DNA of 64,000 nt from Anolis carolinensis (lineage: Eukaryota): the NCBI RefSeq assembly GCF_035594765.1, contig NC_085846.1:10961190-11025189 (forward strand), in the 5' to 3' direction. Under the pieces are notes generated by a model, which was given only the letters and a program-made list of their open reading frames with translations, was not told the origin of the DNA and searched no databases. This document shows, in pieces, positions 12,076-22,980 of this stretch (position 1 is its first letter; each line of letters opens with the position of its first letter). The position numbers and the translations under genes are program-made.

Positions 12076-12740
12076 AAAATTCCTCATACTGCTGCCTAAA
12101 ATGAATTAAAATTGTACAATATGTAGAAACATGTCAGTCTCTGGTTATAAGTTTGTAAGGTGGAAGAATTGGCACCAACAAAATTCATCAAGAAAGAGAA
12201 CAAACAAATCTGAATTTTTTTAAAAAATGTATTTTATTTTGTTTTTTAAATTGTAATATTGATGTTTATTTTTAGGACCTCCCCTCCCCCCAAAATAAAT
12301 GATTACATTATGATTTTAGGATGCATCATGTAATTTGCCTTGATGAAATACTTTTCCATGAAGTTTACAAACTGGCAGTAGGTACGTAGTAATTCGTATA
12401 TAAATACAACTGCTCATGATAGTTAATTTTTTACATTTATTTTCTAAGTTACATGTACTACGTCTAGTTATATGTAAGGAATGATAGGTGACATTTTCAT
12501 ATTTTAAAAAGAAAATATGGAAACTGGTATGGTGCCATTTTTATTGCTTTGGGGTGCATTAACCATGTTCACTATGTTAGCTTTATGGGAACCCTGGAGA
12601 CATCACTTTCAGCTGATTGAATACAACTTTAATCGCCTTTCTTCATCTTGGTGAGCTTTATTTCAGGCTTCTTTGCTTGCCAAGCACACGGATCCACCTG
12701 CCGCTCAGGTCTCACTATTTGTGGCTGGCAAGGCAATAAT

Positions 12741-13610
12741 TGTGACGAAATGATAATCATGCGTAGTTCACGCTTGGCCAAGTCCACACACTGTCTTGCC
12801 AGAGAAAATATATGCCACGTCGATAAACAATACATAACCAGAACTTTTACTCTTTGAAATGCAGAGCAACATATATACATTTATATGAGCATTTGCATTA
12901 ACTCACACAATGTCCATTTTAAGAGAGCTCAAATAGTCCTCTCTTGATAAGCTCCCTCCCAACTATTGAGCTCCAGCAGAAACTGCAACTGTATCTAAAA
13001 CTCCCAGGCTGAGTTGGCTCCCTGGGTGTGGCCCAGCCAATCAGCTTGGTGCTTTGCAATTTTCCTGTTCTCACACACACCAACTGATTTTTACATGCTG
13101 TAATAATGACTTCTCCCATTTCAAGGATAGCAGCACACCTTTTAAACAGAAATCTTTTCAATCCTGCCTTCAAACCCCTTAACAGAAACACCTTTCTTAA
13201 GGTGACACTGGGGCCATTTGCACTTAAGCCACTTCCATTGAAATAGAAGTACCTTTCTTAAGGTGTCACTGGAATCGTTTGCACTCAAGACCCTTGACTC
13301 AAACAGAAGCACCTTTCTTAAAGCGACACTTTCCTTGGGGCCATTGGCACTGAGATTTCCTCCCATTGTCCCTCCAGGACTTTGATTATTTATCTTCCAT
13401 ATCGTAGGAAGTAGTTTTAAATTAACCCTCATCTTACCCAGCCCTTTGCATTGGTGATCATAGGAAGCAGTTCAAAAATAATCCTGATGTTTCCCTAAGC
13501 CTCTGCATTGACAATCTGGGAAAATGGGCATTTTAGCTCCTACCACACAGCATCATTGTTTCATTTACAAGCAGGCAATAAAAGTGGGGCCACGGTGATT
13601 AACATCACAG
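12741..13610 (-). mobile_element. Possible solo LTR with a ~60-bp triple tandem repeat
   Basis: TGTGA...TCACA ends; three copies of AGAA(A/G)CACCTTTCTTAAGGTGACACT at ~13185-13350; octamer ATTTGCAT near 12891; no TSD seen. Confidence 0.4.
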
Positions 13611-13819
13611 TGGGAAATTGGGCATTTACCTCATCTCTATGTGGGGGAATTTAACAATAAGTCACTTGCCAATCAACTCAGGAATCATTGGAAAAAATCA
13701 ACATTTTAGAAACAGCAAGATACCTCACCCAAACAGTTGAAACTTGCGTCGTGTGAAGGGCACAGTGAGTTGCCGTTTCTTAAATGTGTAGAAACACTGA
13801 TTTTATTTTTTGATGATGT

Positions 13820-15376
13820 CAGTGGTCTCTCCTCTGTTGAAAAAACCAGATTTAGATCATTTGGTTCCCTCCAGCTACCGCCCAGTTTCGAATCTTTCAT
13901 TTCTGGGCAAGATGATTGAGAGGGCAGTAGCGGTGCAGCTGCAGCAGTTCCTAGACGACACAGCCGGACTGGATCCTTTCCAGTCTGGCTTCCGTGTGGG
14001 GCATGGGACAGAGACTGTATTGGTTTCCATCACAGATCATCTCCGATGCCAGCTTGACCGGGGCAGGTCGGTGTTGCTTGTGTTATTGGATCTCACAGCA
14101 GCATTTGACACAGTCGACCACAATCTTCTGACCCACCGCCTTGCCGTTGCTGGAGTTAGGGGGACAGCTTTAAATTGGCTGGCCTCCTTTCTTCACAACC
14201 GTGGACAGCGAGTGGAGAGGGGAGGCCTGGTCTCTGAGAGGTCCCCTCTACATTGTGGGGTTCCACAGGGGGCCATTCTCTCCCCTCTGTTGTTTAACAT
14301 CTATATGCAACCACTTGCTCAGCTGGTCCGAGATTTCGGGCTCGAGTGTTATCAATATGCTGACGACACTCAGCTTGTGTTAAAGATGGAAGGCCAACCG
14401 GAGTCTGTACCCGACAGTTTTCACCAGTGCCTTGAGGCCATTATTGGATGGTTGCATTCCAGTAGGTTGAAGGTGAATCCAGCAAAGACGGAGATCCTAT
14501 GGCTGGGCCGACAGGGCAGTGGGGATATCCAGTTGCCAACCCTGGATGGCGAAGTGCTATGCCCGTCTTCACTAGTAAAGAGTCTGGGAGTCCTCTTGGA
14601 CCCTTCACTGACAATGGAGGCCCAGGTCTCCGCCGTTACCAAAACTGCATTTTTTCATCTTCGGCAGGCTAGACGGCTAGCCCCCTATCTATCTAGGGAC
14701 AACCTGGCTACAGTGATCCAGGCTACAGTCATCTCGAGACTGGATTACTGTAATGCCCTTTACATTGGCCTTCCTGTGTCGGTGATCCAGAAGCTCAAAT
14801 TGGTGCAAAATGCAGTTGCCCGGCTCCTTACGGGAGTCCCGATAAGATGCCACATAACACCAATCTTACGGCAGCTGCACTGGTTACCAATTGAGCACTG
14901 GATCACTTTCAAAGTGATGGCACTTACCTTCAAGGCCTTACATGGTCCAGGGCCGATGTACCTGAGGGACCACCTCACCCCCTACAAACCCCAGAGATCC
15001 CTCCGTTCTGAGGACCAAGACCTTCTGGAAGTCCCCAGTTTTAAGACCTTGCGTCTAACTGCAACTAGACGCAGAGCCTTTTCAGTAGTGGCGCCATCTC
15101 TGTGGAACACCTTGCCACCTGAAGTCCGTGCCTTGCGGGACTTGTTGGCCTTCCGCAGGGCATGTAAGACACACCTGTTTCGGCAGGCTTTTGAGTTCGG
15201 TTGCTGACGTTTTAAAAGGTGCTTTTAGGATGTTTTTAAGATTTTTTTTTAAAAAAATGTTTTTAAAATGTTTTTTAAATTGTTGATTTTAGCCGGTTCT
15301 TGTAAGCCGCTCCGAGCCCTAGGGGAGTGGCGGCATATAAGTTTGAAAAATAAATAAATAAATAAAATAAATAAAT
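13820..15376 (+). mobile_element. L2-clade LINE, 5'-truncated, with uninterrupted RT-encoding ORF2 portion
   Basis: ORF 13810-15207: YRPVSNL, QSGFR, LLDLTAAFDTVDH, GVPQGAILSPLLFNIYM, YADD, ISRLDYCN, LHWLPI; L2-type 3' hairpin and (TAAA)n tail. Confidence 0.92.
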
Positions 15377-15458
15377 ATGTAGGAGAATTAGCAAAGTGAC
15401 CAGTATTGGGACTAATGCACAACAGGAAAGATAGGGTGGAATATAAATAAATGTATTG

Positions 15459-15459
15459 T

Positions 15460-15490
<31 letters not shown>
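15459..15490. repeat. (GAT)n microsatellite
   Basis: Direct tandem repeat. Confidence 0.9.
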
Positions 15491-15491
<1 letters not shown>

Positions 15492-15762
15492 CATAACAAG
15501 ACTAATGTGCAGTAATCCCAATTCCTATCGCTATGGAGTATTGCACTGGTAGAGACTGACGCTCACCAGGATATTCTTGTCAATGTCTTATTATGCATCA
15601 TTGCAATTCACTAGCAGGGTTTCTTAGCAATGGAGTTGCACACATGGGATAAAATCTCTCCTACTTGATTCTGGATAAAGCAGTGTTATCTATTCAAATT
15701 GGTTGGTTTGGGTTATAACTCCCCCTTTCATTTCTATTTAGAATTGTGCCTTTGGAAAACGC

Positions 15763-16698
15763 TCATCTCAATGTTCTCCTTAGCAATCTGCCCAGTGCCT
15801 CTTTGACTTGATCGTTCCTCAGACAGTAGATCAGAGGGTTCAAAAAGGGTGTGATGGTAACATAGAAGACTGATATTGCCTTTGTGACTTCAGACTGGCT
15901 TTTCCTACTTGGAATTAAGTACATCCCTCCAACTGAGCCATAGAAAAGTGTCACCACCAGCAAGTGCATAGATATAGTGGAGAAGGCTTTCCTACGGCTC
16001 CCTTGGTTAGAAGATTTCACCAGTGTGCAAATCACTTTGCCGTACGAAAATACAACACATGTGACGTTGCTTACAAAGATTGCATGCATAGCCATTTGGC
16101 AGACAAGAGGAACTTTTCCAAGTGGAGGACAAGCCAAGTTCATAATTGGAACAGGATCACATACAAAATGGTCAATGATGTTGGGTCTACAGAAGGACAA
16201 CCTAGAGATCAAAGTCACTGGAACAATGTAGCCCAGGAAGCCAAGGATCCAACAAGTGGACACCAAGGCATAGCAGAAGTTTGGGGACATGATTTGGGAG
16301 TAATGCAGTGGGTGGCAGATGGCCAGGTACCGATCCAAAGCCATGGCTGAGAGGAAGAAGAATTCAGTGCTGCCCAGAGAGAATAAAACATAGAACTGTA
16401 GAAAACAAGCATGGAAAGAGATGTTGCTATGAGAGGAGGCCAGATCGAACAGCATCCGGGGCACTGTGGTGGTCACATAACACATCTCCAGCCAGGAGAA
16501 GTTGCTGAGCAGGATATACATGGGAAGCTGGGCCAAATGGGCATCTAATAACACAAGTGCTATAATAGTGATGTTCTCAGCTAAAGTAATTACATAGAGG
16601 ATGGTGAAAACAATGAAAAGCAGTAATTTCTTCTGGTGCTCCGCTCCAAATCCCACTAAAATGAATTCTTGGATTGTAGTGCCATTGGCCAACTCCAT
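15763..16698 (-). CDS. Olfactory receptor, OR11-like, intact (311 aa)
   Basis: Start taken at MELANGTT (16698), directly after a TTCCAG acceptor; all OR motifs present. Confidence 0.93.
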   Translation of the reverse strand: MELANGTTIQEFILVGFGAEHQKKLLLFIVFTILYVITLAENITIIALVLLDAHLAQLPMYILLSNFSWLEMCYVTTTVPRMLFDLASSHSNISFHACFLQFYVLFSLGSTEFFFLSAMALDRYLAICHPLHYSQIMSPNFCYALVSTCWILGFLGYIVPVTLISRLSFCRPNIIDHFVCDPVPIMNLACPPLGKVPLVCQMAMHAIFVSNVTCVVFSYGKVICTLVKSSNQGSRRKAFSTISMHLLVVTLFYGSVGGMYLIPSRKSQSEVTKAISVFYVTITPFLNPLIYCLRNDQVKEALGRLLRRTLR

Positions 16699-17960
16699 CT
16701 GGAAGCAAACAAGGGAATCAAGACTGAATGTCATGTGGAAATATAGAGCATTTTGTATATGATATCTGTCGTGTACAGGCTGACTCAGTTGAGATAATTA
16801 AGTTCTCAAAGTGTGGAAAGATAAATGAATTGCTAACTGACTATACTACAGACATTATTAGATCTGAGAAGTAAGTGTCCACACAATACATTCATAGCTA
16901 AAGCACTTCAAATACTTTAGAGGGCTTCATCCCATTTGTCAATATACAACATCAATCTATCTTGGGTGAGTTTGTCTCCTATTGGCTCTTAGACCCAAAT
17001 ATTTTCTAACCTCCCTCCTTATAAGATCATCCTTGAAGCTGTTGGCAATATTATAGCTGCAGAATACATTTTCTGGGAATATATAAATACTTCTCAAATA
17101 ATGAAGATTTCCCACTGCAAATATCAGCATTGTCAAAGCATGACAGCACTCATCAATACCTATTGACCTATTTTTGCACTGGAAAGCAAAAACTGCATAT
17201 ATCCTCTTCTGACAATGCTGCAGGACATTCCTTCTGCCAACCCCAGGTTTCAAATAATTATTTTTTGGTTTGATAACTCTATGATCAATTCATGAACTAC
17301 TCAAAGTGGTAGCCGATTGACTAGTCTCCAAGGCATTGGCTGCCAGTCTCTGATGAGTTTTCATGGAAGTAAAACCAGCTGTAGTCAATAGTCAGGACTA
17401 TAGCACAGAGCTCTGATATATTTGGGGAGGGAAATCCCCATTCTCCAACATCAGAGAGCTTAACGTACACTGGCATGTCATAACAAAGACAAACAGATAA
17501 AATAAATGTACTTACAAAATTGCAGAATTTAGACCACTTTTAAGTCAACTAACTCTGAATACATCCTGGACTCTTGCCGCAAATATTTGGTTCCAAATTC
17601 CAATGAGACATCTTCCCTATGCCTGTTTCTAAACACAGGCAAAAAATGCCAAGCTGAATCAGTCCATGATTGATGTGATTTTTAAAGAGTAAATCTAGGG
17701 TCATTCATCATATATTTGACCCTTATTATACTGCTAATAGGGCTGTCTAAGGTACAGCTCTGAAGCATTGGCACAATCTCCTGATACCTTCAGTCTTCTC
17801 CAAACTTTCAACCCATCACAATTTTAAGATGGTCTAGCAAATGTTCCATGGAAATTACATCTGCTATTGTCCCTTGGAAATAAGCATGGCATTAACCACA
17901 TCCCGTTTACATATCCCATTTCAGTTTATTTTGCTTTGGTATTTAATCCCATTTTCATAC

Positions 17961-18280
17961 CTGAACAAAAGTTAGAAGGTTGGTCCATCCAGCAGAAGAT
18001 CCACTAGACAAGTTTTTACAGAATTATAAGAGAAAGATGCTGATGTCTCTCCATGAGGTGGATGCTTGTCCACAAAATCAGAAGGGCATTGTAGGCTAAA
18101 CTATGGACTTCTTGTTAGAAAGTCTCACCAAACATATTCACACATTAGAGCTCCAAGGGCTTCAATTAGTTCTTCTGACTGGAGTTTTAAAATCAGTGAT
18201 GGAAATGAGCTTGGAGAATGTTCCTCATGGGAAAAAAATCCACTCTGTACTAAAATAACGACTCAGGGGAGATAGCGTCA
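17961..18280 (-). promoter_or_regulatory. Putative non-coding exon 1 and promoter of the OR at 15763-16698
   Basis: Alignable to 4286-4600 and 11640-11880; donor CAG|GTATGA at 17960; O/E-like TTCCTCATGGGAA and CTCAGGGGAGA; homeodomain-type CAATTA at ~18163. Confidence 0.55.
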
Positions 18281-18924
18281 CCCATATGACAACGTTTCTC
18301 AGAGGAGAAAGTGAATGATCATATAAAATAACTTTATTTCCTGCCTTACAAAAGAAACCCATATTCTAAATAGTCTAATATCTGACAAAACTAAAAGTTT
18401 TGGGATTTTTTAAGATGCAGTTTGATAAGGTCTTTAGCCTTTTCTGTCAAAAGTGCCTCACCAAACTATAACTCCCACACTTCCATAGCATTGAAAGTGG
18501 GATTAAACTGCATTTATTCTATAGTGCAGATGCACCCTAAATTCTCTTATTTCAAGGGATCATTCTTCACACGGATTACTAGTGGGGATGCAGAATTGAC
18601 CCTTCTTGGTAGCTTTCCATATCTTCTCAAACTCCTTTTCAAGGAAAGCTAGTTTGGCAACCGTTTCTTTTTATCTTTCCTACAAAAAGCAAACCCTTCT
18701 TTTATTATGATAGGCTTTGGGGCAGTGAAGGTTTTTTAAAGAAAGGGCTAATTGTTACTAATTCAATTCCCTTTTCATGTTGAACTTTTGTGTGCCTTAG
18801 CTGTCAGTTTAATGCCTATATTAATTTGATTACTCATGGGAATAATACCTAATATATATCATATCAGGACATGTGATTCATGTCATTTTAGAATGCAGTT
18901 ACTAGGAGGCACACCCGGTAATAG

Positions 18925-19187
18925 TATGGCGTGAATATCCCTGATCCGAAATGCTTGGAAGCAGGAGGATTTGAGATTTCATATTTTTTCACATGCATAC
19001 ACAACCTTGGAGATGGTGCCCAAATCAAAACATGAAATTTCTTAATATTTCATATAATTTTTGCATGAAAGAAACTGTGCAACTAAAAAGCAAAAGTGTG
19101 ACTATCTCAGCTTCCCTTGTGGATAATTTGGGAATTTTAGAGTAGTTTTGAATTTGGAATCCCTGATATGGGATGCTTGATCTGTGC
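18925..19187 (+). mobile_element. Tigger4/MER46-like non-autonomous pogo element, degenerate
   Basis: TATCCCTGATCCGAAATGCTTGG start, internal CTTGGAGATGG..CCCAA and AAAGCAAAAGTGTGACTATCTCAGC, end GATATGGGATGCTTGATCTG; similarity from recall of the Tigger4b consensus. Confidence 0.55.
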
Positions 19188-19535
19188 CTGGATTAGATTC
19201 AATCAAGAATTTGCCCTTTCTTGTTCTTCTCTTGTTTAAGAGAAATGGCAAAATTGTTGTCTAGCTTCCATCCATGGAGGTTCTTCATCCCGGGCAGAGC
19301 TCTCTTTGGACAACTGTTGTGATGTAGCTATTTGGAAGCAATACCCCTTGGGCTTTGAGAGGAAATGCCCACTCTCTGGATAATAGTGAACTACACTTTA
19401 TCTAATCCTTTCCTGAATTGAATATCTCTGGATGAGAGATAAATATACACGGCTTATATTTAATCCTGTCTTAATGTTTGCATATTTTTGTATTTTAAAT
19501 TGTTAAGCCACTTTGAGTCTCCTTTAGGAGAGATA

Positions 19536-20067
19536 AGGTAAAGGTAAAGGTTTTCCCCTGACATTAAGTCTAGCCATGTCCGCCTCTGGGAGTTGGTGCT
19601 CATCTCCATTTCTAAGCCGAAGAGCCGGCGTTGTCCGTAGACAACTCCAAGGTCATATGGCCGGCATCATGGCATGGAGTGCCCTTACCTTCCTGCTGAA
19701 GCAGTATCTATTGATCTACTCATATTTGCATGTTTTCGGGCTGCTAGGTTGGTAGAAGCTGGGGCTAACAGCAGGAACTCACCGCGCGCGCCCCCCCACC
19801 CCAGATTCGAACCACCAACCTTTCGGTCAGCAAGTTCAGCAGCTTAGCAGTTTAGAATCATAGAATCATAGAATAGTAGAGTTGGAAGAGACCTCATAGG
19901 CCATCCAGTCCAACCCCCGGCCAAGAAGCAGGAAATCGCATTCAAAGCACCCCTGACAGATGGCCATCCAGCCTCTGCTTAAAAGCCTCCAAGGAAGGAG
20001 CCTCCACAACAGCCCGGGGGAGAGAGTTCCACTGTCGAACAGCCCTCACTGCACCACCGAAGGTTCC
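19536..20067 (-). mobile_element. Sauria SINE interrupted by a CR1 3' fragment (19854-20050)
   Basis: AAGGTAAAGG tail and TAAGCCGAAGAGCCGGCGTTGTCCGTAGAC core; SINE head resumes after the CR1 insert. Confidence 0.8.
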
Positions 20068-21643
20068 TTGGAAGAGATAAAGCGAGGTATAAATAAATAT
20101 AATAAAATTTATAGTAATTTTTTTTCATGTCAGGAGCAACTTGAGAACCTGCAAGTCACTTCTGGTGTGAGAGAATTGGCCGTATACAAGGATGTTCCCC
20201 AGGGAATGCCCAGATGTTTTTTCAAAAAAACATTTTACCATCCTTGTGGGAGGCCTTTCTTGTGTCCCCACATGGGGAGCTGGAGCTGACAGAGGGAGCT
20301 CATCCGCACTCTCCCTGGGTTGGATTCCCATTGGAAACCTTCAGGTCAGCAACCCAACCTTCAAGTGAGCAGTCCTGCCAGCACAAGGGTTTAACCCATT
20401 GCGCCACCGGGGACTCCTAAAAATAATGAGTTACAGCATTTATATGGTTTCGGCATGGTTCATGAATGTACAGTTCGTGCAGTGTAGCCTGATCCAGTTA
20501 GAGACTTTACACATGATTTTAAAATGTATTTATTTTGCAAAGAAATGTTTATCTCACTTTTCTAGGTACACATGCTAGTATGCACACTGATGTAAAATTA
20601 CAATGCAATATAGAATGCTGCATTCTGTTTTCAAAAAGGCAATAGAAAAGGGCAGGCAATAATATGTAATAAGAGAAGACAAAGAGCTGAGCAGACTTTG
20701 CCATTCACATGATGCAGCCTGCTCAGGGTTTGGCAACTTGTGAACTACAAAAGCAATAATAGCAGGAGTATTACCTTTGTGGCTGACCTAGCATCCCACC
20801 TGATGTTCTCTAAATATCTGTACAAGACCATAAGAGTCACTCATCTGTGTATGGGGATGCCCAGGTCACTGAGGAGAGAGGCAATACAGTTTACCATAAG
20901 TGATAAAACGGGTCTTAATTTATTCATAAGGCAAGGCTAAAAGGCATATTTATTAGATTTTCACAGAGCATATAAAATTGCCGAAGCATAAGTATGTTAT
21001 AATCTATAACTCAGAAGTTAGATTCACTAAGAATCATGGCTACGACCAAATTTAATTCAAAAGTATATGTTCAAAAGTATCTTTCCTTTCCCTCATTTGG
21101 ATAATCTGTCTCTTTCCCCACTGTGCAAATAGTTTACTTGATTTTCTTCCAGACTCCTTTTGAGAGCTCTGATGTAGCCCAATACATCCCAAGGAAGTAT
21201 CTTTTGCCCTCTGTCTCCTTTTTATTATTAATAATAATAATATTGTTATTGGAATGTATGTAATGATGGCAGAAAATGAGATTTTTAAAAGATGTCATCC
21301 CTACCTGGATATGTTTTTCCATCTCTCCGGTCTCTTTTTTCCTCCCTCTTGTACAAATGTATATGTCAAACTTTTGTGCTTGAATTCAGAATAAAAATGT
21401 CGAAACTCTTTAAAAAAGAAGTATCTGATCACTTCCTTGTTAGTGCAACACTGAAGCTTTTAAATCTGTTTGTTAGTGCAACACTGAAGGTTTTAAATTG
21501 CTGTTTGATGTTGTTTGATGTTGTTTTATGTGGCCATAATGTTTTAATTTTACTGATCTGTTTTAATCTATGTTGTTCGGGCTTGTCTCCATGTAAGCCG
21601 CTCCGAGTTCCTTCAGGGAGATGGAGGTGGGATACAAAAATAA

Positions 21644-21645
21644 AG

Positions 21646-21680
<35 letters not shown>

Positions 21681-21688
21681 ATTGTTAT
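21644..21688. repeat. (TTG)n microsatellite at the tail of an L2-like 3' end
   Basis: Direct tandem repeat following the GTAAGCCGCTCCGAGTTCC hairpin. Confidence 0.85.
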
Positions 21689-22037
21689 AAGCTCCTGCAG
21701 GTTTTAGCTTGCTTGACTTTTAAATGTGTTATCCAAGGTACTGAGTCTGTTGGGACATAGGGTTCAGTGCATCAGATAGCACTGTCCAGATTAAAATCCA
21801 GAGTGGATTCAAAAACTCATTAATATGAAAGCCATCATATACCATGGTCAAAAGCTGGAAAATGAAGATAAACAATAGTGTCTGCAGTAATGAAATAGAG
21901 GTTTTATTAAATATGGCATCATAGCACAAGACACTCACCCAACATGGCCCAAACTATTTTGGTGGTTCTTCCTCCATTGGAGGGAAATCCATTTTTAATT
22001 CCAAATTAAGAACTCTCCCCTCTTTTCTCCTGCTTTT

Positions 22038-22980
22038 TTAAATGTACCACTTTTTTCTCAAAAACCTGAGCAGAGCTTCTTTTACCTGATCATTCCTCAG
22101 ACAGTAGATCAGAGGGTTAAGCAGAGGAGTGACCGCAGAATAGAAGAGAGTCATTATTTTAGTGCTCTCGGTATGGCTTTCCCCACTGCGCCCTCCTACA
22201 TACATGGCAACCACGGATCCATAGAAGATCGTCACAACAGCTACGTGGGACGACACTGTAGAAAAGCCTTTGACAACCGTACCTTTACTGGATGCTTTCA
22301 CAAGTGTGAAAACCACACTTGCATAGGAGACCACAATAAAGAAGCAGGTGGACAGGAGCACAGAAGAAGTGACAATGTAACAGAAGAGGGGAAGGTGCCC
22401 CAGTGGCGGGCAGGCTATTAGCAAGCAGTTGGCCAGAGTCACACGCAAAGTGGTCAAGGGTATTGGAACCACAGAAGGACAACCTGGAGATCAAAACCAC
22501 TGGTGCAATATACCACAGGAAGCCAATGGCCCAACAAGACCCCACCAGGGTGTGGCAGAAATCTCGGGACATGATTTGAGTGTAGCGCAGTGGGCGGCAG
22601 ATGGCCAAATAGCGGTCCAGGGCCATGGCAGAAAGGAAGAGGCATTCGGTGGTGCCAAGGGAAAAGAAGATGTAAAACTGGAGGAAGCAAGCATGGAAGG
22701 AGATGAATCCACCTGGGATAGCTAGGTCAAAGAGCATCCGTGGCACGGTGGCACTCACATAGCACATCTCCAGCCAGGAGAAGTTGCTCAGAAGCATGTA
22801 CATGGGAAGGTGGCCCAAGAGGTCATCTTGAATGACCAGCATGATGATGATGAAATTCTCAGCCAAAGTGAGGATGTAGATGACTATGAACAAAATGAGA
22901 AGAAGCTGGCGTCCCTGTGGCCGAACTCTGAAGCCAACCAGGATGAAATCTTGCCCTGTGGTTTCATTCAGCAGCTCCAT
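22038..22980 (-). pseudogene. Olfactory receptor (OR11-like) with a +1 frameshift near 22417-22421
   Basis: 943 nt = 314 codons + 1. The N-terminal frame ends ..DHFACDSGQLLA and the C-terminal frame resumes IACPPLGHLPLF..PLLNPLIYCLRN. Confidence 0.88.

Noticed and set aside
15249-15521. Poly-His, poly-Ile and poly-Leu ORFs here and at 21292, 32411 and 57432-58201
   Set aside because: Translations of trinucleotide microsatellites
1058-16508. Recurring antisense ORFs (MVEKAFLRLPWLED..) over the OR genes
   Set aside because: Shadow frames of paralogous OR coding sequence, with no independent coding signal
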